Source: Trichinella spiralis
Taxonomy: Eukaryota
Length of the DNA: 64,000 bases
Direction of reading: 5' to 3'
Assembly (NCBI RefSeq): GCF_000181795.1
Contig: NW_003526944.1
Span: 429,383-493,382 of the forward strand
The notes under the pieces were generated by a model. It saw only the letters and a list, made by a program, of their open reading frames with translations. It was not told the DNA's origin and ran no database searches. The position numbers and the translations under genes were made by a program. The stretch's first letter is position 1. The number at the start of each line of letters is the position of its first letter. This document shows positions 1 to 12,200 of this stretch, in pieces.

Positions 1-141
1 AAAGATGGAATTTCGCAGTGAAAAATATCTTACTTACATCTTACATACAACAAGCTTAACTAACGTAATTTAACATAGGAATTAACTTCGCCCTTTTGAT
101 TTAGTCTTACAGATTCAAAACAAATAAGAAACCGCACGTAC

Positions 142-225
142 TTTTTCTCTTTTATTGTTCTGCATTATGCCGTCCGCGTTTCGCTTCGCGTCGACACCGT
201 TTTCACTTTTTTCTTCATTGTTCAT
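142..225 (-). CDS. Probable first coding exon (MNNEEKSENGVDAKRNADGIMQNNKREK) of an unidentified gene running off the left edge
   Basis: ttttacag acceptor at 228-229, ATG at 225, 28 open codons, phase-0 GTACGT donor at 141. Further upstream minus-strand exon-like segments (~413-667, ~710-749, ~1297-1488) have good splice sites but no long ORF. No recognisable homology. Confidence 0.3.
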
Positions 226-2031
226 TACTGTAAAAATGTTAAATATTAAATCAAAAACGTTCTCGCTTCATCACGTAGTAAAAGTAACAACAAATTGAAA
301 ATTGAATTTTCAAATTTATTAATTTACTAATTTTCCTTAAACGGTAACGTTCAGAAATAAGTAGAAAATATTTTGAAAAAAAATAACACAAGTAGAAAGA
401 AGAAGAAATTACTTTTCAGCGATTGAGAATAGACTTCAGCAACTATTCAGCGTCATGTACTCAGAGAACGTTTTACAACGCTACCACTTGCCACGTAAGT
501 CAAACGAAGGAGTGCGCCCTAACTGACGATAAGACACCTTTTTGGCGATCGTTATTTGCATAGCGCAGCGCTGGAAACCGGTTTTTGTGCAATGGAACTT
601 CTTATTGATGGTAAACTCTAACCTATGCCGCAATATAATATGAACAGGAGAAATGCACTGTTCAATTCTTGAAAATTCAAAAATGACCTTAATGCTTACA
701 ATTCTGTCAAAATGTAAACTATCTGGCAGAAAACGCCATTACGAAAATACTAACTTAGTCAAAACACTCCTTCGCATGTTTGAATTTGAAATTTGAAAAT
801 TCGAAAATGCCCTACATAAATGGAACTCATCGCAGAAAGCTATTCACCAAAATATAAGCAAACTGACTGCGCGATAACTGCGACAAAATTAGCTACATAA
901 AAAGTTTAATTTACCTAATGTCTCTAATGATGCGAAATTGAAAATAATATAATGTGATAGTAAAGTTAAATAACTTTATACATGAAAAACACTATTTTGC
1001 ATAATAGAAAGTACTGATCGTTTAGAGATATTCGACCTGTTCTGTGCACAGTGAAATTCAATGCAAAACGCAATTTCAAATATTGAACATATTCTACAGT
1101 TATATGCATACGTTAGAGTTTAATAACAAATTGAAATTTCATTTTTTGACGCATCTCATGGATCAACTAGATATATATAATTGAGAATTTTCTCTTGTTT
1201 TTCAATTTTTGTGAATATGAAAATGGAATGCTTATATATATACTAGCGTTCATGCAAAACATGAGAAAAGTATGTTTTATCATTGAAATTTTTACCTGGA
1301 TGCTGTTTGGTTCACTTGTACTTTTGCTACGCGGCCTTCAGTTGACACAAAATCACTCAAGTGAAATTAACCACGGGTACAACATTTGCTTTTCTCTTAT
1401 TGGTCTTTTACTTTGCAACTTTCTTATCGGTGATTTGGCAATCCATATACTGTATATCACAGTTCTTCTTAATTCAGTGTTCAAATGTCTAAGGAAAAAT
1501 GAGTTTTTGTTGATTTAAATACTGAAAAAACTGAATTCGTAACTCCCACTTGGAGGTAAAGCATGAGTATTTTTATTTATTCTATTTGTTATCAACTTTT
1601 TAAATATGGTTTGGCACCTGCTCGAGGTAGTTTGTCCATGTATGCAAATATTTGTATTTCAGTATAAGTAAGTCATTATTCGTCGTAATGTTGGCCAGGT
1701 TAAAGTTTTTCACTTCAACTTATGGTTTTATCAATACTTCCTTTTTGTTTATTTTTTACGCACATGTTACTTTGGAGTTTAATGAATACTTCTTTTTATT
1801 ACGTTAAGTGTCTTCGCAGTGCACAAGAATGAAATACAGTGAAAACCATTTTTGTTTGCGAATAGTTGTTGATATTAATACTTACGCGGCACTTTTCTAC
1901 AGTATGATGAAAACGGAAATTTTCTTGTTGTTTTCTTTTCGAATTTCGTTATAACAACATATTTACGTTGGAAAAAGTTTTCTCAAAATTAAATAGTTTT
2001 GATATCATTATTATCTGTTGGAGAAGTGGCA

Positions 2032-3132
2032 ATGCCGGAGCTAAACAGAAACAGTCCTGTTACAAATTCATCGCCAACTTGCTATTCGTCTTGGGATGAA
2101 TACGCTCAGGCTGTTCGTACTTGGTTGTGGTCATATCGTGAATGGCAAGTATATAATGAAGGCATACGGACTGTATTGTTGCAGATAAACTTGAAAGAGC
2201 GAAATCTTCCTGCTCTCAGCAGTGGAATTTCTGCTTCTGCTCCGATATTGCAAAATCATGATCAACAGACAGCTTTCCCTATTAGTAATTTCTGCGTTAT
2301 GATGTTCATAACTTTGAAATGTTATATTGCTGTTGAAAGTTCCCATCTGTTCAGGAACTCCATGTGTGATTCCTACATTCAGACGACGTATTGTTGCCGA
2401 ACTTATTGACTACTTTTGTTGCCTTATATGGTTGATTCTTTTCATGATAATTCTTCATGAATTGAACTTTATGTAAGAATTTCATGTTAGAGGTGCATGT
2501 TTTTTGATGATGTACTTTTCAGAAATGTATCTCATATTGAAAAGATATTTACTGTTGAATCTGACATTCAGTCTTTGGTAGATCTAACTCAGGAGCTGGT
2601 TCCGTATGAAATAATGAAAAGATTGAGCTTCAGTTTTTTCGAGGTATGTTTTTTAATTCTTTTTTTTTCTGCATCTCAAGACCTGATAAAGCAAGAACAC
2701 AGACGATTTTGAAATACTGAAAAATATCTAGTTAGACAGCAGTTTAGTTCAAGATGTTTAAAATAAATCTATGCAAAGGCGAGTTACTTGGCGTTCTCTG
2801 GCTGCTTCGACAATGTGCAATTCGGATGCACACCCGGAAAATTTGTTATGAAAATCCGTGTTATTCCTTGCGAAAGTATATCACCTGGCGCAGCTGAAAA
2901 CGTAGCAGTTGTTGAACGTTATGAGGATAATATTACTTTTCCTCGGTGAGTCTTTATAATGTGTGATGATAATGTAAAATTCCATGTTGTATTTTTCAGT
3001 GCCTTGTTGCGTTCACTTTTGAAAAACATCTGTCTTGGATTTTTGTTTCCACTTTCTCTGACTACGTATTTTCTGCCTCACAACCGCGCTTTATACGACA
3101 TTGTGTCTAAAACTGTTGTCGTCGAATTCTAG
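2032..3132 (+). CDS. FAM8A1: FAM8A1-like RDD-domain membrane protein (5 exons)
   Basis: Spliced translation gives YAQAVRTWLW ... IPTFRRRIVAELIDYF ... GCTPGKFVMKIRVIPC ... RALLRSLLKN ... HNRALYDIVSKTVVVEF*, which matches RDD/FAM8A1 motifs. GT-AG introns keep the frame. Confidence 0.8.
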
Positions 3133-3552
3133 CTGAATTACTTATTGTTCTTATTTAACTTTTCGTCAAAGTTGACCAGTTATTTCTGATTCGATAATAT
3201 GATTCATTTTTTAATATTAAAAAGGAAAAAATTGAAATGAACTGAAGCTTTTTGTTGCCTGGATTGAAACTTGAAAGTGCCAAATGCAAGTGCAGATAAT
3301 CACAAATATAATAACAAACAGCAGTCGTGTGTTTATGACATGATGATCGCTGCAATTTATACTGAAAATTTTGGTAAAGTTAAACCGGCAAATTCTTTTT
3401 GAAAATGTAACATACAAAAAGATTAAGAAAACATTATTATAAATGTGGCCGTGTCAAATCGGCTGCTGTGGACACTGTCTCGCGTAAGTGAATAATATAA
3501 TTTATGGGAAAAAGGAAAAGAAAGAAAGAAGCCCAACAAGAGCCATCGTCAA

Positions 3553-6500
3553 TCACTTGAACATATCATAGCCTAAAGGATTTTCGCTAAATTTTCGCCA
3601 CTGAAAACCTAATGTATTATTTTCATTTTCAAAAACAAGGTCGCCAAAACCATACTGATATGCAAATTCATAAACCGTCACCTCTACCCACGCGTTGTCT
3701 GTATTTCGGGAATCGTCATAATAGCTTTGTAGTACCTGAAAATCAAATTTGTACATCATAATTTTCCTTTACCAAAATACTCCGTTAATTAATAAACCGC
3801 TCACTAGTTCTTTGTGCTTCAATGCTTTTCTGAATCGTTTCTCAGCTCCTGCTACTGAAAGCGATTTCGACAGACGACTTTTTAAAAGGGCGTCAAGTTC
3901 GCTTGTTAAGGCAAGATGGGGACTGTTTACAAAGCCCTGAATAATTAACATTATTAATTTACTGATTTTGTTAAATGGCTATCAAATTCTGAAACTTCAC
4001 TTTACGCTTTACAACTTGGTTGGAGAATTGATTTTCTTTTTACACGATACAGCAGTTATAGGAAATTAGAAAAATGACAAGCTGAGCAGAATTTGTTTTG
4101 TTATTGAACACGTTTTAGGTGCAAAAGTAGAATTTGCTTAATACGAAGTGAAACTTTGTGATTAATAAATTAAAATTTAAAAACCATGCATAACGAATGC
4201 AATAAACAATTGTTAAAGTGAACTTACATTCGGTAGTGACCATGTTCCTGTACTAGATCGGCAAGCTAATATTTCTGTAAATTCCAGACTGTCAGCTTGC
4301 ATTAAATTTTTTGAAACTTCTTCCATGTTAAGTCTGAAAGTTGAGTTAGCAGGTGACTTCAGATGGCTTAATTTCGATGATTTTTGGAAATTTTGTACCT
4401 AGTGATGAGCACGAAGACTCTGTGATTCGGGCCCCATCGAGCCAAGGACCCTTTACCAGCAATTCCCGTTCTTCCGACTGGATTCAATGGACGACCGTCA
4501 ACTACAAGGTATTCCCCAGTGCAACTTCTGCGATCTATTAATCCATCAAGAGTGTTAAACTTTGGATTGAAACCATCGTCGCTAAAATTAAACAAATTTT
4601 CTTTCATCACACACACACACATCTGAAAGCTATGTAAATCAATTTTTATAAACAAAAGGAGCTTGTTTGAAGATTTTCAAATAACGTTAATCATTTAAAT
4701 ACCACAAAGTAATTGGGCCAAAGTAAAACTAATAAACATTTTTATTTCGATCATTCACTTTCTATTGCAATGATTCATATTATCTATCACCTGATGCGAC
4801 GTATGCGCTATTTTTTGTTGATGATAATGTACAATCGACAGAATTAAAATTGTAATACAAGGGAAAAGTGAATAAGCAAAATATCTACCAGTCACAGAAT
4901 TATTGCGCAAATGCAGACGATGTAATTTGAAAAAAATATTTTACAACATTTGCTTCTTCAATATTCAACAATAACATTAAATTAATGGGAGGAAAAGCTA
5001 TCACGTTTTCCATTAATTATTGCAATAAAAATTCACTGTCTCAATAGAAAAAAAAATAGGCTTACTGTAGAGGCAAATTTTGCTCCCTTAAGCTTAACTG
5101 CAACAATACATACACAAAGCTCGTAAGCGTTCATTTGTTCTAGCAATTTGTCCGATTGATTGTTTGCTGTTGAACAGAAGAGAAATTTTCACTTCAATTT
5201 TGTCGAATGTTAATGAAATTTTTTCTCCATTGCTTTAATGATTATTGGATTGAATGAAAATTTGACAATAACGAACGCTAAACTTATTTTGTTTCGTAAT
5301 TCAATTTTCACTTTAAACTTTTCAAATCAATTTTACTCAACCGCATACCATGCAACAAATGTTCTCTTACTCGAACCACTGCCCATTTAGTTGTTTTCTG
5401 TATCAAATAAAAGAAAGAAAACAATTTCTTCCTTTCATACATTTATTTACCTTTATCTATTTATTAATTAATTTATTAATGGATTTTGATTTTTAACATT
5501 TGCAGTTATTGGAAAAGAATACAGTACAACTAATTCGTGAAAAAATGTAAATTTAAACGACTTATCTTTTATTAATGTTGTATTTCACAATTCTTATTAC
5601 TATTTTCAATTTAATACCTTGTTGAATTGAACTGAATTGAATGCACACATTGACTGGTGAAGAATCTATAACAAATTGAATAGTGAAAAAGTTCGACCAT
5701 TGTTCAATTCTAAATGCAAACACTAAAATGGTGTTTTATTGAATATGACAACTGCTGAAAGTGATATTTAATTTATAATCTCCTCCACCATTTCAACGCC
5801 TCACAAGCTATTGTCACACTAAACCAGAAGGCTATTTGATCTCAAGCACTTATACTAACCACTATAGATATATATACCCATACCATATATATATATATAT
5901 TTTTTAATTATCAGAAAAAAGAAAGCTTTCATTTCTAACATTGCAGCATTTTTAATTAGATTATTTTTTAAATTAAATTAAATTAACTTACAAATCAATG
6001 GGATCAGTTTCCGTTTCTACAGTACCGCATATGTTTACAGAAGCGGAGACGGCTGAATATTCCAACGGCTTATATTCGTCAAATGGAACTTCCCATGCAA
6101 TTTTGTCATTTGAAACAGTAACACGTTGAAGCTTAAGAAAAAGAAAAATGCAAATTTGATCAACTTTTCCACTAAATAACAATAAGATACTTCTGAACCG
6201 GGATAATTTCCACTGCAACAACATTTATTCTGCTTTGCTTCTTTGAACAGCGCTTTGGATGCTTTTCGTTGGGTAACTTTACACGGCCGAAGAATTGCCT
6301 GAATTTTCAAAACAAAAAAGAAAAATACACTTCCACAACATTTACAAGTTACAAAAGTCATACAGTATTCACAAATTTTAATAATTTAATTTACTGCGTT
6401 TAAATTCAACTTAAACTGTCACATTGCTGCAGAAATTTTATTTATTTAAATAGAATTTTTTATAAAGTTCCAAAGTAGAAATGCAATGAAATTAAAATGG

Positions 6501-6605
6501 AAATGTACTACTATATATAGGTATGAAGTATACTTTAAATAAGAAATGTTCTCTCACCTTGGTGTGCAATTTTCTAACTCTATCAAACAGGGTAATTGTA
6601 GGCAT
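3553..6605 (-). CDS. NUDT9: NUDT9-like ADP-ribose pyrophosphatase homolog with a degenerate Nudix box (7 exons)
   Basis: Motifs QRVTVSNDKIAWEVPFDEYKPLEY, NPKFNTLDGLIDRRS, GRPLNPVGRTGIAGKGSLARWGPNH and YYDDSRNTDNAWVE are NUDT9 signatures. The first exon MPTITLFDRVRKLHTK (ATG 6605) is predicted from splice sites. Confidence 0.85.
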
Positions 6606-6940
6606 GATAGAATTTGAAACACTAATCGGTGTTAATCTTCTTCAAAAATGAATTTACATAAATTATAAACATTTTAAGCTGGAAAAGCATTTCCTGCAGC
6701 GCTTAGAAGCGGAAGAAACGTCAAACGGTTTTTCATTCACGTCACCAGCTGGCTAGAAAGCTTATTGTTCAGCAGCCAACTGACGCAACCAAATGAAAGA
6801 GATTGAATTCGGGCTGAATTTCATCAACCAATTTAATATACTCAGATTGAAGCTGCTTCCCAACCTTTTAACGGAGATGCTAAATGGTTCTGCTTTTATC
6901 ACAAGTGAAATTAGCTTTCAAAAAACAAACAAAGCCAATC

Positions 6941-6954
6941 TGTTGTTGTTGTTG

Positions 6955-6989
<35 letters not shown>

Positions 6990-7038
6990 ATTGCTTCTGT
7001 TGCTGCCGTATTGTGATTGATGTTGTTGTTGTTGTTGT
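6941..7038. repeat. Compound (TTG)n/(CTG)n microsatellite
   Basis: Directly visible trinucleotide runs. Confidence 0.95.
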
Positions 7039-9201
7039 CAAAAAGATTCCTATATAAAGTATTTTAAATATTTTTGTCCATGATGAACAAAAAAACAAAA
7101 AAAACTACGATGAATCATGAAAATGATGCCTCATAAGCAAAACCAACTGAATTAAAATGAGGAAAGGGAAATTCGACCGTGCAATTGTAGTTGCAAAACA
7201 GCAAACAGCTACAATTGTGAATCGATACAATTAACTTAACACTTATATCTATCTAACCTTGATTAATTTCTTTGTTAATCAGTTCCTTATCAGTAGCGAT
7301 GTCAGTGACTGCTTGTTTCGTGAATAAATGGCGGGCTATCGACATTCGTAGTGGACATTTTTACATGGATATAAATGCAGCAGCGTAAAATCCAAATCGG
7401 AACACGTTCAATATTCACCATTCTTTTGCTTGTTTGCTTGCTTGTCAACTTGCTTAACAAATTTATCCGATAAAACGTATTGTAAATTGCTTTTAAAAGT
7501 TTAATTAAATTGAAACCAGTCCATTTTATATTAGTCAATTAGCAATAAAATGAGAAACCATAAAAATGAAATATTGAATACTATATGACCGAATTAACAA
7601 TAACTAACTATTCTAAAAACAAATTGCTAAAAATAGACTAAAATAAGAAGAAGATCTCTGTGACATTAAATCTGAGCTGCTACTATTGTTGTATTGATCG
7701 AATGCAAAACTTACCATTTGAGAAGAAATGTTGAACATGAACATTTGCGATAAATTAGTCGAATTTCAAACAATTGAATGAAGACAACAAAAAATATTGC
7801 TCAAAATGAGCAGCGGCTTTAACAACGGTAACAATTGACAATGATTCAATTAGGCACTTCAAAAGTGCAGCTAGCTTGGGAGTGGCTTCACAACTATTTG
7901 CAATTATGGCAGGTATTGTTTGTTCAAGTTTGATGACTTCAAGTTTTTCACAACAACGAACAATGGGCCAAATTGTAAATCGGCATCCTGAGCCGACGCT
8001 TGAACAAATAAATTTCCCACGCTAGATGAAAATAGGATTGTTTTGCTAAATATTTTCCTTTCAAATCAACCAACAGTAGTATAGAATGCACTGTTCGTTA
8101 AATGACAAGTAAAACAACATTTTAAATATTGTTAAATAACCATCATCACTACTATATATTAGAATATAGTAAAAAGAATGCATACATTTTTTAAATAGAA
8201 AAAAGAAAAATCATAACATTCTGCTGTAAAGTTATTAATTTCTAATTTATATTCATATTTGACTTCTATGGCTCATGTGGAAAATATAAATACTTACATG
8301 TTACTCGATTGATCTTATTGTTTTTTGTTTAGCATGCCTACTGGCGGCGGCAGTTTGCAAATACAAAATCCAATGAAATGTGTGCAATATAAACAGTGCG
8401 TGGTTGATACAGATATATAACCAATTGTGATAAATCGATACAACATCAATTTATAAATACTTTGCCATTTTACCTTTATCTTATCTATCACAACCTTTTT
8501 GGAAACATTTTCATGTAAAAATAGCTTACTTAGCTAGCTTATAAAATCAGTCTCACCTCGCATTTGCTCAACATTTCTCATTACTGCCCATCTCTGACGA
8601 TTCAATTCACTCCGTTCTATTTCAGTGATGTTTACTTTACTTCACTTTGCTTCGTGCAGATTTGCATATTGTTCCTGAACTGCACGAAGTATAATCAGTG
8701 AATTCATGGAATCAGTGAATTTCATAAATCTTCCATCTTCTGCTACAAAGTATAATTTAATTTTTAAAAATGAATTTGCAAAAAAAATAATAACGTCAAC
8801 ATTTTTTTATCTGCCAATATGCATCATCATATTGACATATGTATATGACAACAATCAGCGACGACATGATGACAAGTGCATTAAAAAAAGCATTAAGTCG
8901 TGATGATAGCAGAACAGAGCTAGCTTGTTTGCTGGAGAGAATATAATATTGCTATGCACATTATTAAAAATAGCACGTGAAACAATCATATATACACAAC
9001 AAAGCAGAGCAGAGTAAATAAAATAAAGCCTCACCATTAACAGTCGTGAAAAGTCTTCTCCAATTCTGAGTTATTTCACTTTTTTGCCAAAAAAAAGAAC
9101 AAAAATAACAATGAGCAATTTTCATTCAGTTACTGCACTGGAATGATTTTGAAGTGTACACAGATTGACAACGTCAATTCTGAACATATTCGAATTATTT
9201 A

Positions 9202-12200
9202 TTAATAGACCCATGAAACTGGCACCCATTGAGAACAAAGATGAAGCTTTTCCATCAATAATTCCAAAAGCTTGATCGTCTCGTCGATGTCGTTGTTGAC
9301 AAATATGTAATCAAAAAAATGACCATACGCTTGACGAAGCAGTTCACTTTCTCGTACCAAACGTTCCAAGCTTCCGTCTGGCTAAAATGCAATTCAATAA
9401 TTCAAAAAATTCACGCACAACATACCAATAACTTTACGTCTTCTAAATCTTTCAAATCGGGCGCGGCTACAAAGACCACAAAAGGTGAGTACTCTGCCGT
9501 TCTGAGCACCTTCAACGCCTGAAAAATAACAAACATTTAAAACATTAGCATAACTTTTTTTTCTTTGGCAAATATCCTTCTACTTGTGGCTCGACATCCA
9601 AAATAGCTATTTTTCCTGCACGATGAATTTTTCTAATCGTCTCCAGCTTCGTTCCGTACATGAACTCTTCGTGGGTTCCATATTCCAGATACTCGTTTCT
9701 CTGCACATCTGCCAACATGACGTCGTGATTGACAAAATAATAATGCTGACCATCGCATTCGTCCTTTCTCGGGGGTCTTGTTGTATCTTCAAGCAAATTC
9801 GCAATTTATCAGCCAAAATGAAAAACACGCGTGCTTGCATGAAAATGCTTACGAGGAATTGGATATGCGAACCGATCGGGATGTCTTTGTATAAGTGTAT
9901 TCTTGATGTGACGTCTGCCGACACCATTTGCACCCAAAAGTACAAGAGTTTTGCGTCGAAAAGACGGCAGTCTGACCACTTCTTCATAAGTGACCAAATC
10001 GAGTTGATCAATTACGGACTGTGTTTTAAAATAAGATTTGCCAAAGTTGTGCTTTTTCCGTCTTCCGCTTGATATGCAAGGGACTACAAAGTGAACATAA
10101 TAAACAAAGCATACAGAAGAATTTTTTCAAAAATGACTACAGTTCAACAAACTGTTTTTTGCACTCTTGTAAATCAAAAGACAAAAAAACACCAACTTAT
10201 GAAAGATAAATTTCAAAAAACTACACAACAATGTGAAATGCAAATAAATTTTTTCAACAATCACAAATTCAAAGTAGAACAATTTAGAAATTGAAAAACA
10301 AAAAGAAAAAAAAACTTACAAGTCGCTTTCGCGTGTTCTACAGCTAAACATGCAGCACGCCACTCTTGCAGTTCATGAGATGGAATCAAGCCTGCCACTA
10401 ATGGATTTTGATTCTGCTGAACTGGAGCATTATAGTTGAATCCAAAAGCAGGGAACAATGCAATAAATCGAGCTTGCCACCAATTATGATCATCTTTCGA
10501 TATTATCTGCATGAACAAATTAAAACAAAAAAATAATAAAGCAAAAATCGTGTAAATAAGAAAAATGAGATGAATATCTATCTCAGCCTTTATAAATTGA
10601 TTAACCCAATACATTAGTTGGAAAAGAGTCCATTTATTCATTGATTGATTAATTAATTAATTTGATTTGATTTAATTTAATTTATCGATATTTTCTTCAC
10701 TGAATAACAAACCTGCAATATATCACCGGTTTTGAAAGGAACGCCTGCTTGAGGACATGGAATTAAATCATCTTGAAAGGGGTCATAATCAAACTGAGCT
10801 CTAACGTATATCTGAAATAAATTAATAAAAATTAAAAAATGAAGAGTAAAAAATAAGCAAAATAATTAATAGTGGACAAAATTAATTTCAAAAAAAAATG
10901 CTATTCACTTCACAAGGAGGTGGAGCACTTCGATAGCTTGGAATCACTTTAAAAGTTAATGTGCCTCGAAGATCTCGAAGCATTCTCTGCAAGTTTTCGA
11001 CTGTCTGACAGGATGTGTTAATGCCATTGATTTCACGTATTTCGTCCCCAACGTGTAATGTTCCTAAAAAATTAAAAACAAAAATTTTATTTAAAACACA
11101 AAGCATAAAATAAATTGCTTAGAATTTGAAAAATTAACCACAAATTAAATATTAAAAAAAATCAATATACCGTTCAGCATTCAGCAAATTTTATTTACAG
11201 CAGATATTAATTAAATTATTTTCTTTTTTAAATACAGTTTACAAAAAGAAATGTTCTACTTTTTTAAATATAATCAATGAATAGCGAAACAACCTTGCCG
11301 ATGCACCATACCACCGTGCATTATTCTAGCGATGATGCACTTTCCGTCTTCGTTGATTTTCATTGTAATCCCCTACGAATTTAATTTAAAATTAAAGTGA
11401 CTGAAAAAAAGTCAAGCAGTTTTAAGGTTGAGTACTTTATGCTTTAAAATACCCTTGAACAAAACATATTAATAATAAAATAATATACCATTGGTTCATC
11501 AGTGTTCCGTTGAAATTGAATAATACGCACACGTTTAACCGGAGTTAGCGAAAGATCGCTGGAGCTCAAAGTCAGTTCATCAATAGCATTACTTTCCCAA
11601 CTTGTAGCCGCGTGAGCAAACGATGGAACGCTTTCGGCAGTGAGATTCAAAAGCCGACCAAACACTTCATAAGCAATCACATCCGCAGTGTGAAAAATTA
11701 TCTACAAAATGTTTTCTTCCTCAGTTTGGCTGTCAAACACTTTATGCAGATAAAACCAAAATAAAAAATGATATATTTACCTTCATAATGGGAGAGTTTA
11801 AAATTAGCAAAAGCTTCAGCATATTGTCAGACGGTTCAAACGAACTCAACAATTGAAGGGCTCCTTCCAACAGTTGATAAGATGTGCAAATTGGCGATGA
11901 AAATCGAACGCTAATTAAATTAATGTGATCGAACAGCTAAAAAATGACATGTTAAATGAAAAATATACAAAAAAAATTAAAAATATTTTTTAAAACCACT
12001 AGTCATCGCCACCATCAGAAGCAAAATATGAACAACTACTTAATATATACATATATATATATATAGTAGCCGTATGTTAATGAACACAATTGCATATTTT
12101 ATGTTTAAAGATCAAATAAGCTAGATTGTCAGAAATAAAAAAATTAAGATTTTCCATCTAAAAAATGGGTTATATGAATTTCATAAATTTCGAAGATTTT

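Noticed and set aside
1195..1518. 107-aa plus-strand ORF
   Set aside because: TTG start, AT-rich F/L/I composition and no homology. Splice signals here are on the opposite strand.
6133..6190. GTATCTT donor resembling a U12-type 5' splice site in the NUDT9-like gene
   Set aside because: It deviates from GTATCCTT and I see no properly spaced TCCTTAAC branch point. A U12 scoring matrix would be needed.
6793..7020. Poly-Leu ORF
   Set aside because: It is a translation of the TTG/CTG microsatellite.
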